Positions 52,340 through 60,971 of a stretch of DNA of 64,000 bases are shown in pieces. This DNA comes from Methylococcaceae bacterium. Its GTDB lineage: Bacteria > Pseudomonadota > Gammaproteobacteria > Methylococcales > Methylomonadaceae. The translations under genes were made by a program, and so were the position numbers. The DNA lies in NCBI GenBank assembly GCA_048595505.1, contig JBJPGG010000004.1, forward strand, positions 5,683 through 69,682, given 5' to 3'. Within the stretch, counting starts at the first letter, position 1. Each line of letters starts with the position of its first letter. The notes below the pieces were generated by a model that searched no databases, was not told the DNA's origin, and was given only the letters and a program-made list of their open reading frames with translations.

Positions 52340-53941
52340 ATGGAAATAGCAGAACATTATGCTTGGCCTGTTCGAGGTGAATTAGGTGGCTCATTTGCAC
52401 GAGTTAATGATTTCAATCATGAGTTTTATGTACGCTGGGGCAAGATAGATTTTGATATGCACCAGGGTGTTCAGGTTAATCTTAAAGTTATCCTGAAGGT
52501 GTATAGTAATGACGGTATCTGTGAAACTTATGTTATAGATTCTGATGCCTATGATGTTGAATGGAATAGACATAAGCGAAGAACGCGCGATTTTTATATA
52601 CATCCGTATTCCAGTACTTATGGACAGGTTAACTGTGTAAAGTTTTCCTTTATTGTGCATAAGGATGGACGTTCTATTGCATCGGAAAAAGAATATATTT
52701 TTATGGATTGGCCTCAATTACAGGGTAATCCAGATGAACATCAGTTTAGAGATATTTCTGCTGATCACACCACAGATAACCATTATCGAACTTATGAATT
52801 AAATGCAGGCGAATTGCAGAGCGATGTCGACTGGTTTAATCATCATTTTGAATCATTAGGGCTGGTTCCTAAATTCACCAAAGGGCAATTAAATCATCCT
52901 TATCACCCTAAAAGTTATATTCATCATTTGATCGATAAAGTGATGCATTGTAAATGGGAAAACCCTGATCGGCTTTGTACCATTAAAGTCAGTGTGGATT
53001 GTATTGATGATGCGGATTTTGTAACTCACTTGGTTCATGCCAGTGAACAAGGGGTGTGGGTTCAGTGCATTGTTGATTGGCGCAAGATGACTTTGACTAA
53101 TAGCCACAGTTACGCGCGATTAAAACGTGCAGGTATAGAGTTGATCGGAGTGGTTTGTAGTCCTGATCATCATTTGATTGAAGTTGAGCCAGATATGCAT
53201 ACCAAATTCATTATTTTTAATGATGAGGATTGCATCATGGGCTCTTTTAATATTACCTTTGATCGCTGGTGGGCTAATTGGGAGTCAGGCATGACATTCC
53301 ATTCTAAAGGTGTGTGCCGGTTAATGGATAATATTTTTCAGAGTCAACGCGGCGGTGTAATTCAGCAATATGGAGTTGATCCTCACAGCCAGTTTAATTT
53401 GCTATACACTTTTGGCCAGCACACCATGGAAAATGGTGCGAATTATCTTCCTCATCATGCTATTTTAGGTGAAATTAATCGAGCCCAACATTCAATAAAA
53501 GTTACTTTATTTTTGATCGGTGAATTATTGGGAGACCATCAGGATAGCGTAATTTCGGCTTTGATTAATGCCAAAAACAGAGGTGTTCATGTTCACCTAT
53601 TATTAAATGGACATATTGCCAGACAGGGTAAAGTTGGCGTAGTACGATCTATGGATGATGAATTAAGTCAGCCTTTATTGCCAGCAGTAGATCAATTGAG
53701 ATTTGCTGGTGTTACCGTTGGCTTAGTCTATGGGAAGGATGACCATGAGGTACCTTATTCACCTATCCATTCAAAGTATTGCATTATAGATGACTATATT
53801 GTGATTGATGGAAGTTTTAACTGGTATAACACGTCTGTTTTTTCACATGATTTAGTTGTAATTGCCGCTAATCATGAAGTGGCAAAACCCTATTTACATG
53901 AGTTTGAAGAAATACAGCATGCATTTAGGGTTTATTATTAA
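52340..53941 (+). CDS. Soluble phospholipase D superfamily protein with two HKD motifs and an unassigned N-terminal region of about 280 aa
   Basis: HKD-1 is HTKFIIFNDEDCIMGSFN (nt 53198-53251) and HKD-2 is HSKYCIIDDYIVIDGSFN (nt 53768-53821, a perfect HxK(x)4D(x)6GSxN). No hydrophobic TM segment is visible. Confidence 0.75.
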   Translation: MEIAEHYAWPVRGELGGSFARVNDFNHEFYVRWGKIDFDMHQGVQVNLKVILKVYSNDGICETYVIDSDAYDVEWNRHKRRTRDFYIHPYSSTYGQVNCVKFSFIVHKDGRSIASEKEYIFMDWPQLQGNPDEHQFRDISADHTTDNHYRTYELNAGELQSDVDWFNHHFESLGLVPKFTKGQLNHPYHPKSYIHHLIDKVMHCKWENPDRLCTIKVSVDCIDDADFVTHLVHASEQGVWVQCIVDWRKMTLTNSHSYARLKRAGIELIGVVCSPDHHLIEVEPDMHTKFIIFNDEDCIMGSFNITFDRWWANWESGMTFHSKGVCRLMDNIFQSQRGGVIQQYGVDPHSQFNLLYTFGQHTMENGANYLPHHAILGEINRAQHSIKVTLFLIGELLGDHQDSVISALINAKNRGVHVHLLLNGHIARQGKVGVVRSMDDELSQPLLPAVDQLRFAGVTVGLVYGKDDHEVPYSPIHSKYCIIDDYIVIDGSFNWYNTSVFSHDLVVIAANHEVAKPYLHEFEEIQHAFRVYY

Positions 53942-54010
53942 TAAATCTTAAAACCAGTTGTTGCTAACTGAGGCGTACAACGTAGTCGTATTCCTCAGTG
54001 ACTATTAAGA

Positions 54011-56104
54011 TTATGAATTAATATTTTCAAAAGCAACAATGGTTTTTTCATTAACCAAAAATGTATCAGTTGTTACTGGCTTTTGATTGGGCCTGCGGAT
54101 AATATCTTTGGGTGAATCTTGTGATGTATCTACTGATAAACACCATGTTTTTCCTTCGATTTCAGGTAATTCAATAGTCGTTTTTTGTTCAGACATATTG
54201 ATAATAACGTGTAAGTCAGGTTCATTTTCTCCAGTACCAGCAAGAGTGAAAGCCAGCAAACGCGTTTCAGGGTCTTCCCACCGTGGTGTGTCTAATTTTG
54301 CACCATGCCATGAAATATCTTTAATACCTCTGGATTCGATTATGTTACCTGTCAAAAAACGTCTGCGCATGATTGATGCATGGCGTTTACGCAAGGCGAT
54401 CATTTGTTGAACAAAGCGTAGCATATTTGCATTTTCATTCACCATCTCCCAGTCAATCCAGGTTAGTTCGTTATCCTGACAATAACCGTTATTATTACCA
54501 TCCTGTGAATTGAGTATTTCATCACCTGCGAGAATCATGGGAACGCCTTCGCTAAGCAACAAAATAGCAAATGCATTTTTAGCTTGTTTTTTTCTAAACC
54601 CTAGAACACTTCGGTCGTTTGTTGGACCTTCTATGCCGCAATTGGAGCTTATATTATTGTTACAACCATCTCTGCTTTCTTCACCATTCGCTTCATTATG
54701 CTTTTGGTTATAACTAAATAAATCATTTAAAGTAAAACCATCATGACAGGTGATGAAATTGATGCTGTTAATAGGTAAACCATCCTGGTGAGCATACAAA
54801 TCGCTACTACCTGAAATACGTGTGGCAAGTTCTTGTATTTTACCTGAATCGCCACGCAAAACTTCGCGTACTACATCTCTGTACTTACCATTCCATTCGG
54901 CCCAGCGGTGGCCCGGAAAGCTACCAACTTGATAAAGACCAGCGGCATCCCATGCTTCGGCAATGAGTTTAGTTTGTTCTAGTTGTTGAGAAAGCTCAAT
55001 GCTCCAAAGTACAGGAGGATCTTCAAGCACTGCTCCACCTTCACCTCTGGCCAGGGCACTGGCTAAATCGAAACGAAAACCATCAACATGCATTTCTCTT
55101 ACCCAGTATTCAAGACTACTGGTAATAAAAGCAGCAACTAGAGGGTGATTAGCATTGACTGTATTACCACAGCCGGTATAGTCATGCAGTACGCTTTTGT
55201 CGTTCTTATCGTGATGGTAAAAAATATTTTCCCCAATGCCACGAAAGTTGATGATGGGTCCACCTATGCCAGCTTCAGATGTATGGTTGTATACAACATC
55301 TAAAATAATGCCGATTTTTGCAATATGCAGTGCTTTGACCAAATCACGGAATTCTTGTACATGCGTCCCTTGTTCAGGAGTCACACAGTAGCCTGGGTGC
55401 GGGCTAAAAAAACTGTGGGTGCTATAACCCCAGTAATTCTTTAGACCAAGGTTAATAGTGCCTTCTGGAGCATCCTGTTCATCAAAAGCCATAATCGGTA
55501 GTAACTCAACATGAGTAATGCCCAATTTTTTTAGATACGGGATTTTTTCAATCAAACCCGAAAATGTACCTGGGTTTTTAACATTAGCAGAAGCATGGCG
55601 GGTAAAGCCACCTACATGTAATTCGTAGATAACTGATTTTTCACTGCTGATGCGTAAAGGTTTGTCACCTTCCCAGTCATAAGCATCATCATCGACTACC
55701 ATACAGCGCATGGCTGTTGCGCTATTATCACCTGGTGAACAGGCAGCTTGGCGGTCCCAGTACATGTCGCATACCACACGGGCCCAGGGATCTATTAGTT
55801 CTTTTTCTTTGTCAAAATGTAAGCCGGCTTCTTTGGGTTCGTTCGACCCATCAATGCGCCAGCTGTACCAGCTTCCTGCTGTTAATCCAATAACATAAAC
55901 ATGCCATGAGTAAAAAGTTCTGTTGATATTTCGTTCTAAGTGTATGGTTTGAAAAGGTTGTTTACTACTTGCTTTTTCAAATAATAATAGTTCAACACTG
56001 GTTGCATGACGCGTAAAAATCGAGAAATTAACCCCGCCTTCATTCGGCTTAGAGCCTGAAGGATAGGATTGACCAGGTTTGATTTTGTATTCTTTATTTT
56101 GCAT
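54011..56104 (-). CDS. glgX: Glycogen debranching enzyme GlgX (GH13 with N-terminal CBM48-type module)
   Basis: 697 aa with GVNFSIFTRHATSVELLLF and GH13 regions DVVYNHT, DGFRFDLAS, AEAWD, FITCHDGFTLND. Confidence 0.9.
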   Translation of the reverse strand: MQNKEYKIKPGQSYPSGSKPNEGGVNFSIFTRHATSVELLLFEKASSKQPFQTIHLERNINRTFYSWHVYVIGLTAGSWYSWRIDGSNEPKEAGLHFDKEKELIDPWARVVCDMYWDRQAACSPGDNSATAMRCMVVDDDAYDWEGDKPLRISSEKSVIYELHVGGFTRHASANVKNPGTFSGLIEKIPYLKKLGITHVELLPIMAFDEQDAPEGTINLGLKNYWGYSTHSFFSPHPGYCVTPEQGTHVQEFRDLVKALHIAKIGIILDVVYNHTSEAGIGGPIINFRGIGENIFYHHDKNDKSVLHDYTGCGNTVNANHPLVAAFITSSLEYWVREMHVDGFRFDLASALARGEGGAVLEDPPVLWSIELSQQLEQTKLIAEAWDAAGLYQVGSFPGHRWAEWNGKYRDVVREVLRGDSGKIQELATRISGSSDLYAHQDGLPINSINFITCHDGFTLNDLFSYNQKHNEANGEESRDGCNNNISSNCGIEGPTNDRSVLGFRKKQAKNAFAILLLSEGVPMILAGDEILNSQDGNNNGYCQDNELTWIDWEMVNENANMLRFVQQMIALRKRHASIMRRRFLTGNIIESRGIKDISWHGAKLDTPRWEDPETRLLAFTLAGTGENEPDLHVIINMSEQKTTIELPEIEGKTWCLSVDTSQDSPKDIIRRPNQKPVTTDTFLVNEKTIVAFENINS

Positions 56105-56477
56105 GTCTAGTAGGGCTCAATATAAATGGAGTATTGCCTAGGTTTAAGCTACTCATTACAATACATTTTTGATTGATAAAGTGATGTGTAAAAAGCTTAA
56201 TAATGTCTGACGGGTAAACCTATAAAAGCTATATCAGCTCTATTATGCGAAGTTTTTTGTCACAAAGCAAAGAGATTTGTTATACGAAATTGATAAGTTA
56301 CTGATTAATTGTAATAAGTAATTATTAATTTATTGAAGAAAAGCGTTTGTTAGCTTTCTGTTTAGCTTTTTTATAGCGAAACCAGGTGGATATACACTGT
56401 ATTTGTGTGGAGTTAATAGTTGTGAAGTGCTTATGGGGCAATTCAAATGTCAGTAAAACACGAGGTTAGCAATGACA

Positions 56478-56522
56478 CGTCACCTTGGCATAATTTAGCT
56501 AGTTAATTATGCCAAGGTGACG
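56478..56522. repeat. Perfect 18-bp inverted repeat (hairpin or operator-like palindrome)
   Basis: CGTCACCTTGGCATAATT (56478-56495) / AATTATGCCAAGGTGACG (56505-56522) with a 9-nt spacer containing TAGCTA. There is no U-tract on either strand. Confidence 0.8.
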
Positions 56523-56600
56523 GTGATATTAATGATTAGTCTTCTACTGAATGCGATTTATCAACTTTCACTGTATTACTTTAATTTATTATCTGTTAGG

Positions 56601-57053
56601 TTATTTATGACACTCAATTTTAAATGAGCGAATTTTGTGATAAAAATTATACTCACCAAAGCTATGAACCTTAGAGTTAGGGTGAAGAATAATTTCTGAG
56701 TCTTCCAAGATATCCTGTTTAGTAATACCTAAGGATTTCATTAACACTGGATGGTTGGCCATTTCTTTTAATGTTAATTTGAAATTTTTATTTTCAAACA
56801 CAGTGACCGTTGCTTTGGGTCCAATCAGAATGCTTTCAATTCGTTTGTCCCAATTTTCTTTGTTTATTTTTAATAAATTTTTCTTTTGAGTGGGGCCATT
56901 AAGACGAAAGTGTTTACCCTTAAATTGACCATCTTCAAAAAAATCTGCCCAACAGTCTTTACTTTTTGCATTTATGGTTGATCCATAGCCTAATAACAAA
57001 GTTAGAATGAGTAATGTTTTAAAGCCACGAAATATTAATTTTAACTGTTTCAT
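56601..57053 (-). CDS. Secreted small protein, possibly of beta/gamma-crystallin-like fold
   Basis: From ATG 57053, MKQLKLIFRGFKTLLILTLLLGYGSTINA is a signal peptide. The FFEDGQFKGKHF segment resembles the crystallin Y/FxxxxF/YxG motif. The upstream 53 codons of the track ORF cover a REP-like element and are rejected. Confidence 0.45.
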   Translation of the reverse strand: MKQLKLIFRGFKTLLILTLLLGYGSTINAKSKDCWADFFEDGQFKGKHFRLNGPTQKKNLLKINKENWDKRIESILIGPKATVTVFENKNFKLTLKEMANHPVLMKSLGITKQDILEDSEIILHPNSKVHSFGEYNFYHKIRSFKIECHK

Positions 57054-57115
57054 TTCTATTTCCTCATGGTTGGATAGCTTTCTAGTAGCTTGGCAACTTT
57101 GCTTTGATGAGTACT

Positions 57116-57194
57116 GTAGAGCGGACTTCAGTCCGCAATTTCTGATATGACGTACTACATAGAATTGTTCATAGCGGACTGAAGTCGGCTCTAC
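57116..57194. repeat. REP-like pair of inverted 21-nt palindromic units
   Basis: GTAGAGCGGACTTCAGTCCGC (57116-57136) and its inverted copy GCGGACTGAAGTCGGCTCTAC (57174-57194) differ by 1 mismatch and are separated by a 37-nt spacer. Each unit also contains its own GCGGAC-N4-GTCCGC type hairpin. Confidence 0.7.
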
Positions 57195-57293
57195 AACGAA
57201 TCTATTTATCAAACCAAAGTTAGCTACTTATCTCACAATATCAGCTTTCAGCATAGTTTTTTTTACGTTGGTTTGGGGAAATGGCTTTAAATA

Positions 57294-60200
57294 TTAATTT
57301 TGACATTTGCCATAACCACCTCCGCCTGGTGTTTCAATTTGAATACTATCATTTTTGTGTAAATTAACCTGGGTGCAAGCATCAACTGTAATGACTTCTC
57401 CATTAGCTTTAATCACAGTATTCATGCCAACTTGTGCGGCTAAACCATGCTGAACTCCAAAAGGTGCGTGTACACGATGACTGGATAAAATTGTGGCAGA
57501 CATGGATTCAAGGAATTTGATTTTTCGCCTGACACCATTGCCTCCTTTCCACAGGCCTGCTCCACCCGTATTCTGACGAATTGAGAACTCCTCCAATAGT
57601 ACGGGGAAGCGCCATTCTAAAACCTCAGGGTCGGTGATTCTGGAATTGGTCATATGAGTTTGAACAGCATCACTTCCATTAAAGCCATACCCCGCTCCCG
57701 CACCTCCGCAGATGGTTTCATAGTATTGATAGTTATCATTTCCAAAGGTAAGGTTGTTCATAGTCCCTTGCGAACCTGCCAAAACACCTAAAGCACCATA
57801 AAGAGCGTCCACGATAGTTTGAGATGTTTCTACATTACCTGCAACAACAGCGGCAGGATATTGTGGATTGAGCATGGAGTTTTTGGGAATAATAATGTTG
57901 AGTGGTTGTAAGCATCCAGCATTCAAAGGAATATCATCTGTTACTAAAGTTCTGAAAACATAAAGTACTGCCGCTTTACATACAGCAGCAGGGGCATTAA
58001 AGTTGCTGAGTTGTTGTGTTGAAGACCCGGTGAAATCAATAGTGGCTGTTCTTAAAGCCTTATTTATCTGGATTTTAACGACTATTTTGGCGCCATTATC
58101 AAGTGTATTAATAAACTGGCCATCAGTTAATGAGGGTAAAATATTGCGCACACATTCTGCTGCATTATTCTGTACATGTTGCATATACTGTAAAACAGTT
58201 TGTAGTGTATATTGTTCTACCATTTTCCTTAACTCAAACATGCCTTTATTATTGGCCGCAATTTGAGCTTGTAAATCGGCAATATTTTGTTCAGGATTAC
58301 GTGCGGGGTAGGGTGATGATTCCAGCCAGCGTCTGACTTTCTGTTCTTGAAACACCCCCTTTTTTACTATGATCATTCCCATACTGAGTACGCCTTCTTG
58401 TTCAATGTGCTGACTATCTGCAGGCATTGAACCTGGGCTTATGCCTCCCACATCTGCATGATGACTGCGTGAGGCAATAAAGAATAATAAACGACTGTTA
58501 TCTACGCTGAAAACAGGTGTAACGACTGTAATATCGGGTAAATGGGTGCCCCCATGATAAGGTGAATTTAATAAATAAACTTGCTCTGCTTTAATCGATA
58601 CCTGATCCGAATTAAGTAATGCTAAAACACTTTCTCCCATAGACCCTAGGTGAACTGGAATATGGGGCGCATTAGCAATTAACTGGGCATTGTTATCAAA
58701 CAAGGCGCAGGAAAAATCCAGCCGTTCTTTAATGTTGACTGAATAAGCCGTTTTTTGTAATACAAAGCCCATTTGTTCTGCTATCGACATAAATAACTTG
58801 TTAAATATTTCCAGCATAACAGGGTCAGCTGTAGTGCCAACTGCCAGTTGGCGTTTGATAGGCTGGGTACGAGTTAGAACTAAGTCATTAGCTGCTGTGA
58901 TTTTACCTTCCCAACCGGGTTCTATGACTATCGTTGCAGTTGGTTCAACAATAATTACCGGTCCTTTTAAAATCACAGCTTGAGTTAATGACTCGCGTTG
59001 ATAAACAGGAGTTTTATGAGATCTATTCTCGGTAAAGATGTCCGTGAACAATGCAGGGATAGCATGATGATTTGATGGTTGAGTTAAAATTTCCTGGTCA
59101 GTTGAATTCTGACCAATAATTTCTACCGATAAGGACTCGATAATGATCGCTTTATCGGTAAAAACAAAGCCAAATTGTTGTTGATATTGTTTCTGAAAAC
59201 TCAGTAACATGCTGGCTTTATCAGCGAATAATACAGCTAATGAAGTATCTGTTCCAAAATAGCGTAAGTTGACTCTAAAGATGCTGGAAATTTCCAGGTC
59301 ACTTATTTGCAGCAACATTTCAGCGCGTCCCTGTTGCTCCAATATTAATAACTGATCTTTCAGTTGCGTATAACTGGCTTCTTCCCATGGTTGTTCAAGG
59401 GCAGAATCTTTTAATAATCTCAAATCTGCCAGCCCCATGCCATAGGCCGATAGTATGCCAGAAAATGGGTGTAACATAATGGTTGTTATGCCCAGGCGGT
59501 CAGCTACTTTACAGGCATGTTGTCCGGCAGCAGCCCCATAACAGCATAGAGTATATTCAGATACGTTATAGCCCTTTTGTACCGATATTTTTTTAATGGC
59601 AGTTGCCATGTTTTCGACAGCAATATTGATAAAGCCTTCGGCAACTTGTTGTGGACTACGTTGGTCTGCGCAACTGTTTTTTATTTGTGCTGCCAATTGA
59701 ACGAACAGTTGTTCAACTTTCTCTTTATCTAATGATAAATCCCCATGCTCACCAAATATGGCAGGAAATAAAGGCAATTTCCCCAGCATGATATTGGCAT
59801 CGGTAACGGTTAGAGGGCCTCCTCGACGATATCCAGCAGGACCAGGGTTAGCGCCGGCAGACTCAGGGCCTACGCGATAACGAAGACCATCAAAGAACAA
59901 CAGCGAACCGCCGCCTGCAGCAACGGTATGAATATTCATCATCGGTACACGCATTCTTATACCTGCTACTTCGGTCTGGTAACTGCGTTCCAATTCTCCC
60001 GCATAATGCGCAACATCGGTAGATGTTCCACCCATATCAAAGGCAATAATTTTATTAAACCCTGCCTTTTTCGCGGTTTCAACAGCGCCTACAATACCAC
60101 CAGCAGGACCTGACAAAATACTGTCTTTACCCTGAAAGTTTTGTGCTGCTGTTAATCCACCGTTGGATTGCATGAACATAATTGTAGGGGGGGTAACATG

Positions 60201-60893
60201 TTCAGCGCAGAGGCCGTCGGTCACTTGATTAACGTAACGCTTGAGCAGTGGAGATAAATAAGCATCAACCACAGTGGTGTCGCCACGGCTGACAATTTTC
60301 ATAAAAGGACTGACTTGATGGGAAATAGATATCTGGCTGAACCCAATAACTTTAGCCAGTGATGCCAATTGACATTCATGTGCAGGGTATCGCCAGGCAT
60401 GCATAAGAACAATAGCAATAGAACGCAGACCTGATGCAAAAAGTAATTCTAGTTGCTGTTTTACTTTGGGCTTATCTAATGGTTTTAATACCTGGCCCTG
60501 GGCATCAATACGTTCATCAATTTCAATGACTGTTTGATAAAGTTGTTCTGGAAGTTGAATGTCCAGTGCAAAAATATCAGGGCGGTTTTGATAGCCTATG
60601 CGCAAACAGTCTTTAAAACCTGCGGTAATAAGTAAAGCAGTTGCTTCACCTTTTCGTTCTAATAATGCATTGGTGCCGACTGTAGTCCCCATTTTTACAC
60701 AAGCAATGGATTTGTTGCTTGCCTCGGCTATGAAGTCGTTAATGCCTTGTAATGCTGCATCAGCATAATGTTCGGGATTGTCCGAGAGTAGTTTGCGGGT
60801 AAGCAGTTGATTGTCAGGTGTGTTGGCAACGATATCGGTAAATGTTCCTCCCCGGTCTATCCAGAATTGCCAGTTATTATCAAAGTCAGCCAT
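57294..60893 (-). CDS. 5-oxoprolinase (ATP-hydrolysing) / fused hydantoinase A-B family protein
   Basis: 1199 aa. The N-terminus WQFWIDRGGTFTDIV and an actin-like ATPase fold (FDMGGTSTD) indicate HyuA. The C-terminal half is HyuB-like (DPVMLEIFNKLFMSIAEQMG). Confidence 0.88.
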   Translation of the reverse strand: MADFDNNWQFWIDRGGTFTDIVANTPDNQLLTRKLLSDNPEHYADAALQGINDFIAEASNKSIACVKMGTTVGTNALLERKGEATALLITAGFKDCLRIGYQNRPDIFALDIQLPEQLYQTVIEIDERIDAQGQVLKPLDKPKVKQQLELLFASGLRSIAIVLMHAWRYPAHECQLASLAKVIGFSQISISHQVSPFMKIVSRGDTTVVDAYLSPLLKRYVNQVTDGLCAEHVTPPTIMFMQSNGGLTAAQNFQGKDSILSGPAGGIVGAVETAKKAGFNKIIAFDMGGTSTDVAHYAGELERSYQTEVAGIRMRVPMMNIHTVAAGGGSLLFFDGLRYRVGPESAGANPGPAGYRRGGPLTVTDANIMLGKLPLFPAIFGEHGDLSLDKEKVEQLFVQLAAQIKNSCADQRSPQQVAEGFINIAVENMATAIKKISVQKGYNVSEYTLCCYGAAAGQHACKVADRLGITTIMLHPFSGILSAYGMGLADLRLLKDSALEQPWEEASYTQLKDQLLILEQQGRAEMLLQISDLEISSIFRVNLRYFGTDTSLAVLFADKASMLLSFQKQYQQQFGFVFTDKAIIIESLSVEIIGQNSTDQEILTQPSNHHAIPALFTDIFTENRSHKTPVYQRESLTQAVILKGPVIIVEPTATIVIEPGWEGKITAANDLVLTRTQPIKRQLAVGTTADPVMLEIFNKLFMSIAEQMGFVLQKTAYSVNIKERLDFSCALFDNNAQLIANAPHIPVHLGSMGESVLALLNSDQVSIKAEQVYLLNSPYHGGTHLPDITVVTPVFSVDNSRLLFFIASRSHHADVGGISPGSMPADSQHIEQEGVLSMGMIIVKKGVFQEQKVRRWLESSPYPARNPEQNIADLQAQIAANNKGMFELRKMVEQYTLQTVLQYMQHVQNNAAECVRNILPSLTDGQFINTLDNGAKIVVKIQINKALRTATIDFTGSSTQQLSNFNAPAAVCKAAVLYVFRTLVTDDIPLNAGCLQPLNIIIPKNSMLNPQYPAAVVAGNVETSQTIVDALYGALGVLAGSQGTMNNLTFGNDNYQYYETICGGAGAGYGFNGSDAVQTHMTNSRITDPEVLEWRFPVLLEEFSIRQNTGGAGLWKGGNGVRRKIKFLESMSATILSSHRVHAPFGVQHGLAAQVGMNTVIKANGEVITVDACTQVNLHKNDSIQIETPGGGGYGKCQN

Positions 60894-60971
60894 TAATTGC
60901 TATTAGAGATTAATTATGTTTTATAACATTATAAATCAGTGTTGATTTTTTAGAGGATTAAGATAAGGAAG

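Noticed and set aside
53967-53999. Hairpin ACTGAGG/CCTCAGT between the convergent PLD-like and glgX genes as a bidirectional terminator
   Set aside because: It has only 7 bp with a 19-nt loop and no U-tracts, which is too weak to call.
57054-57212. 53-codon N-terminal extension of track ORF 56601-57212
   Set aside because: The extension is translated straight through the REP-like inverted pair. A conventional signal peptide begins at the internal ATG 57053, so the start was moved there.
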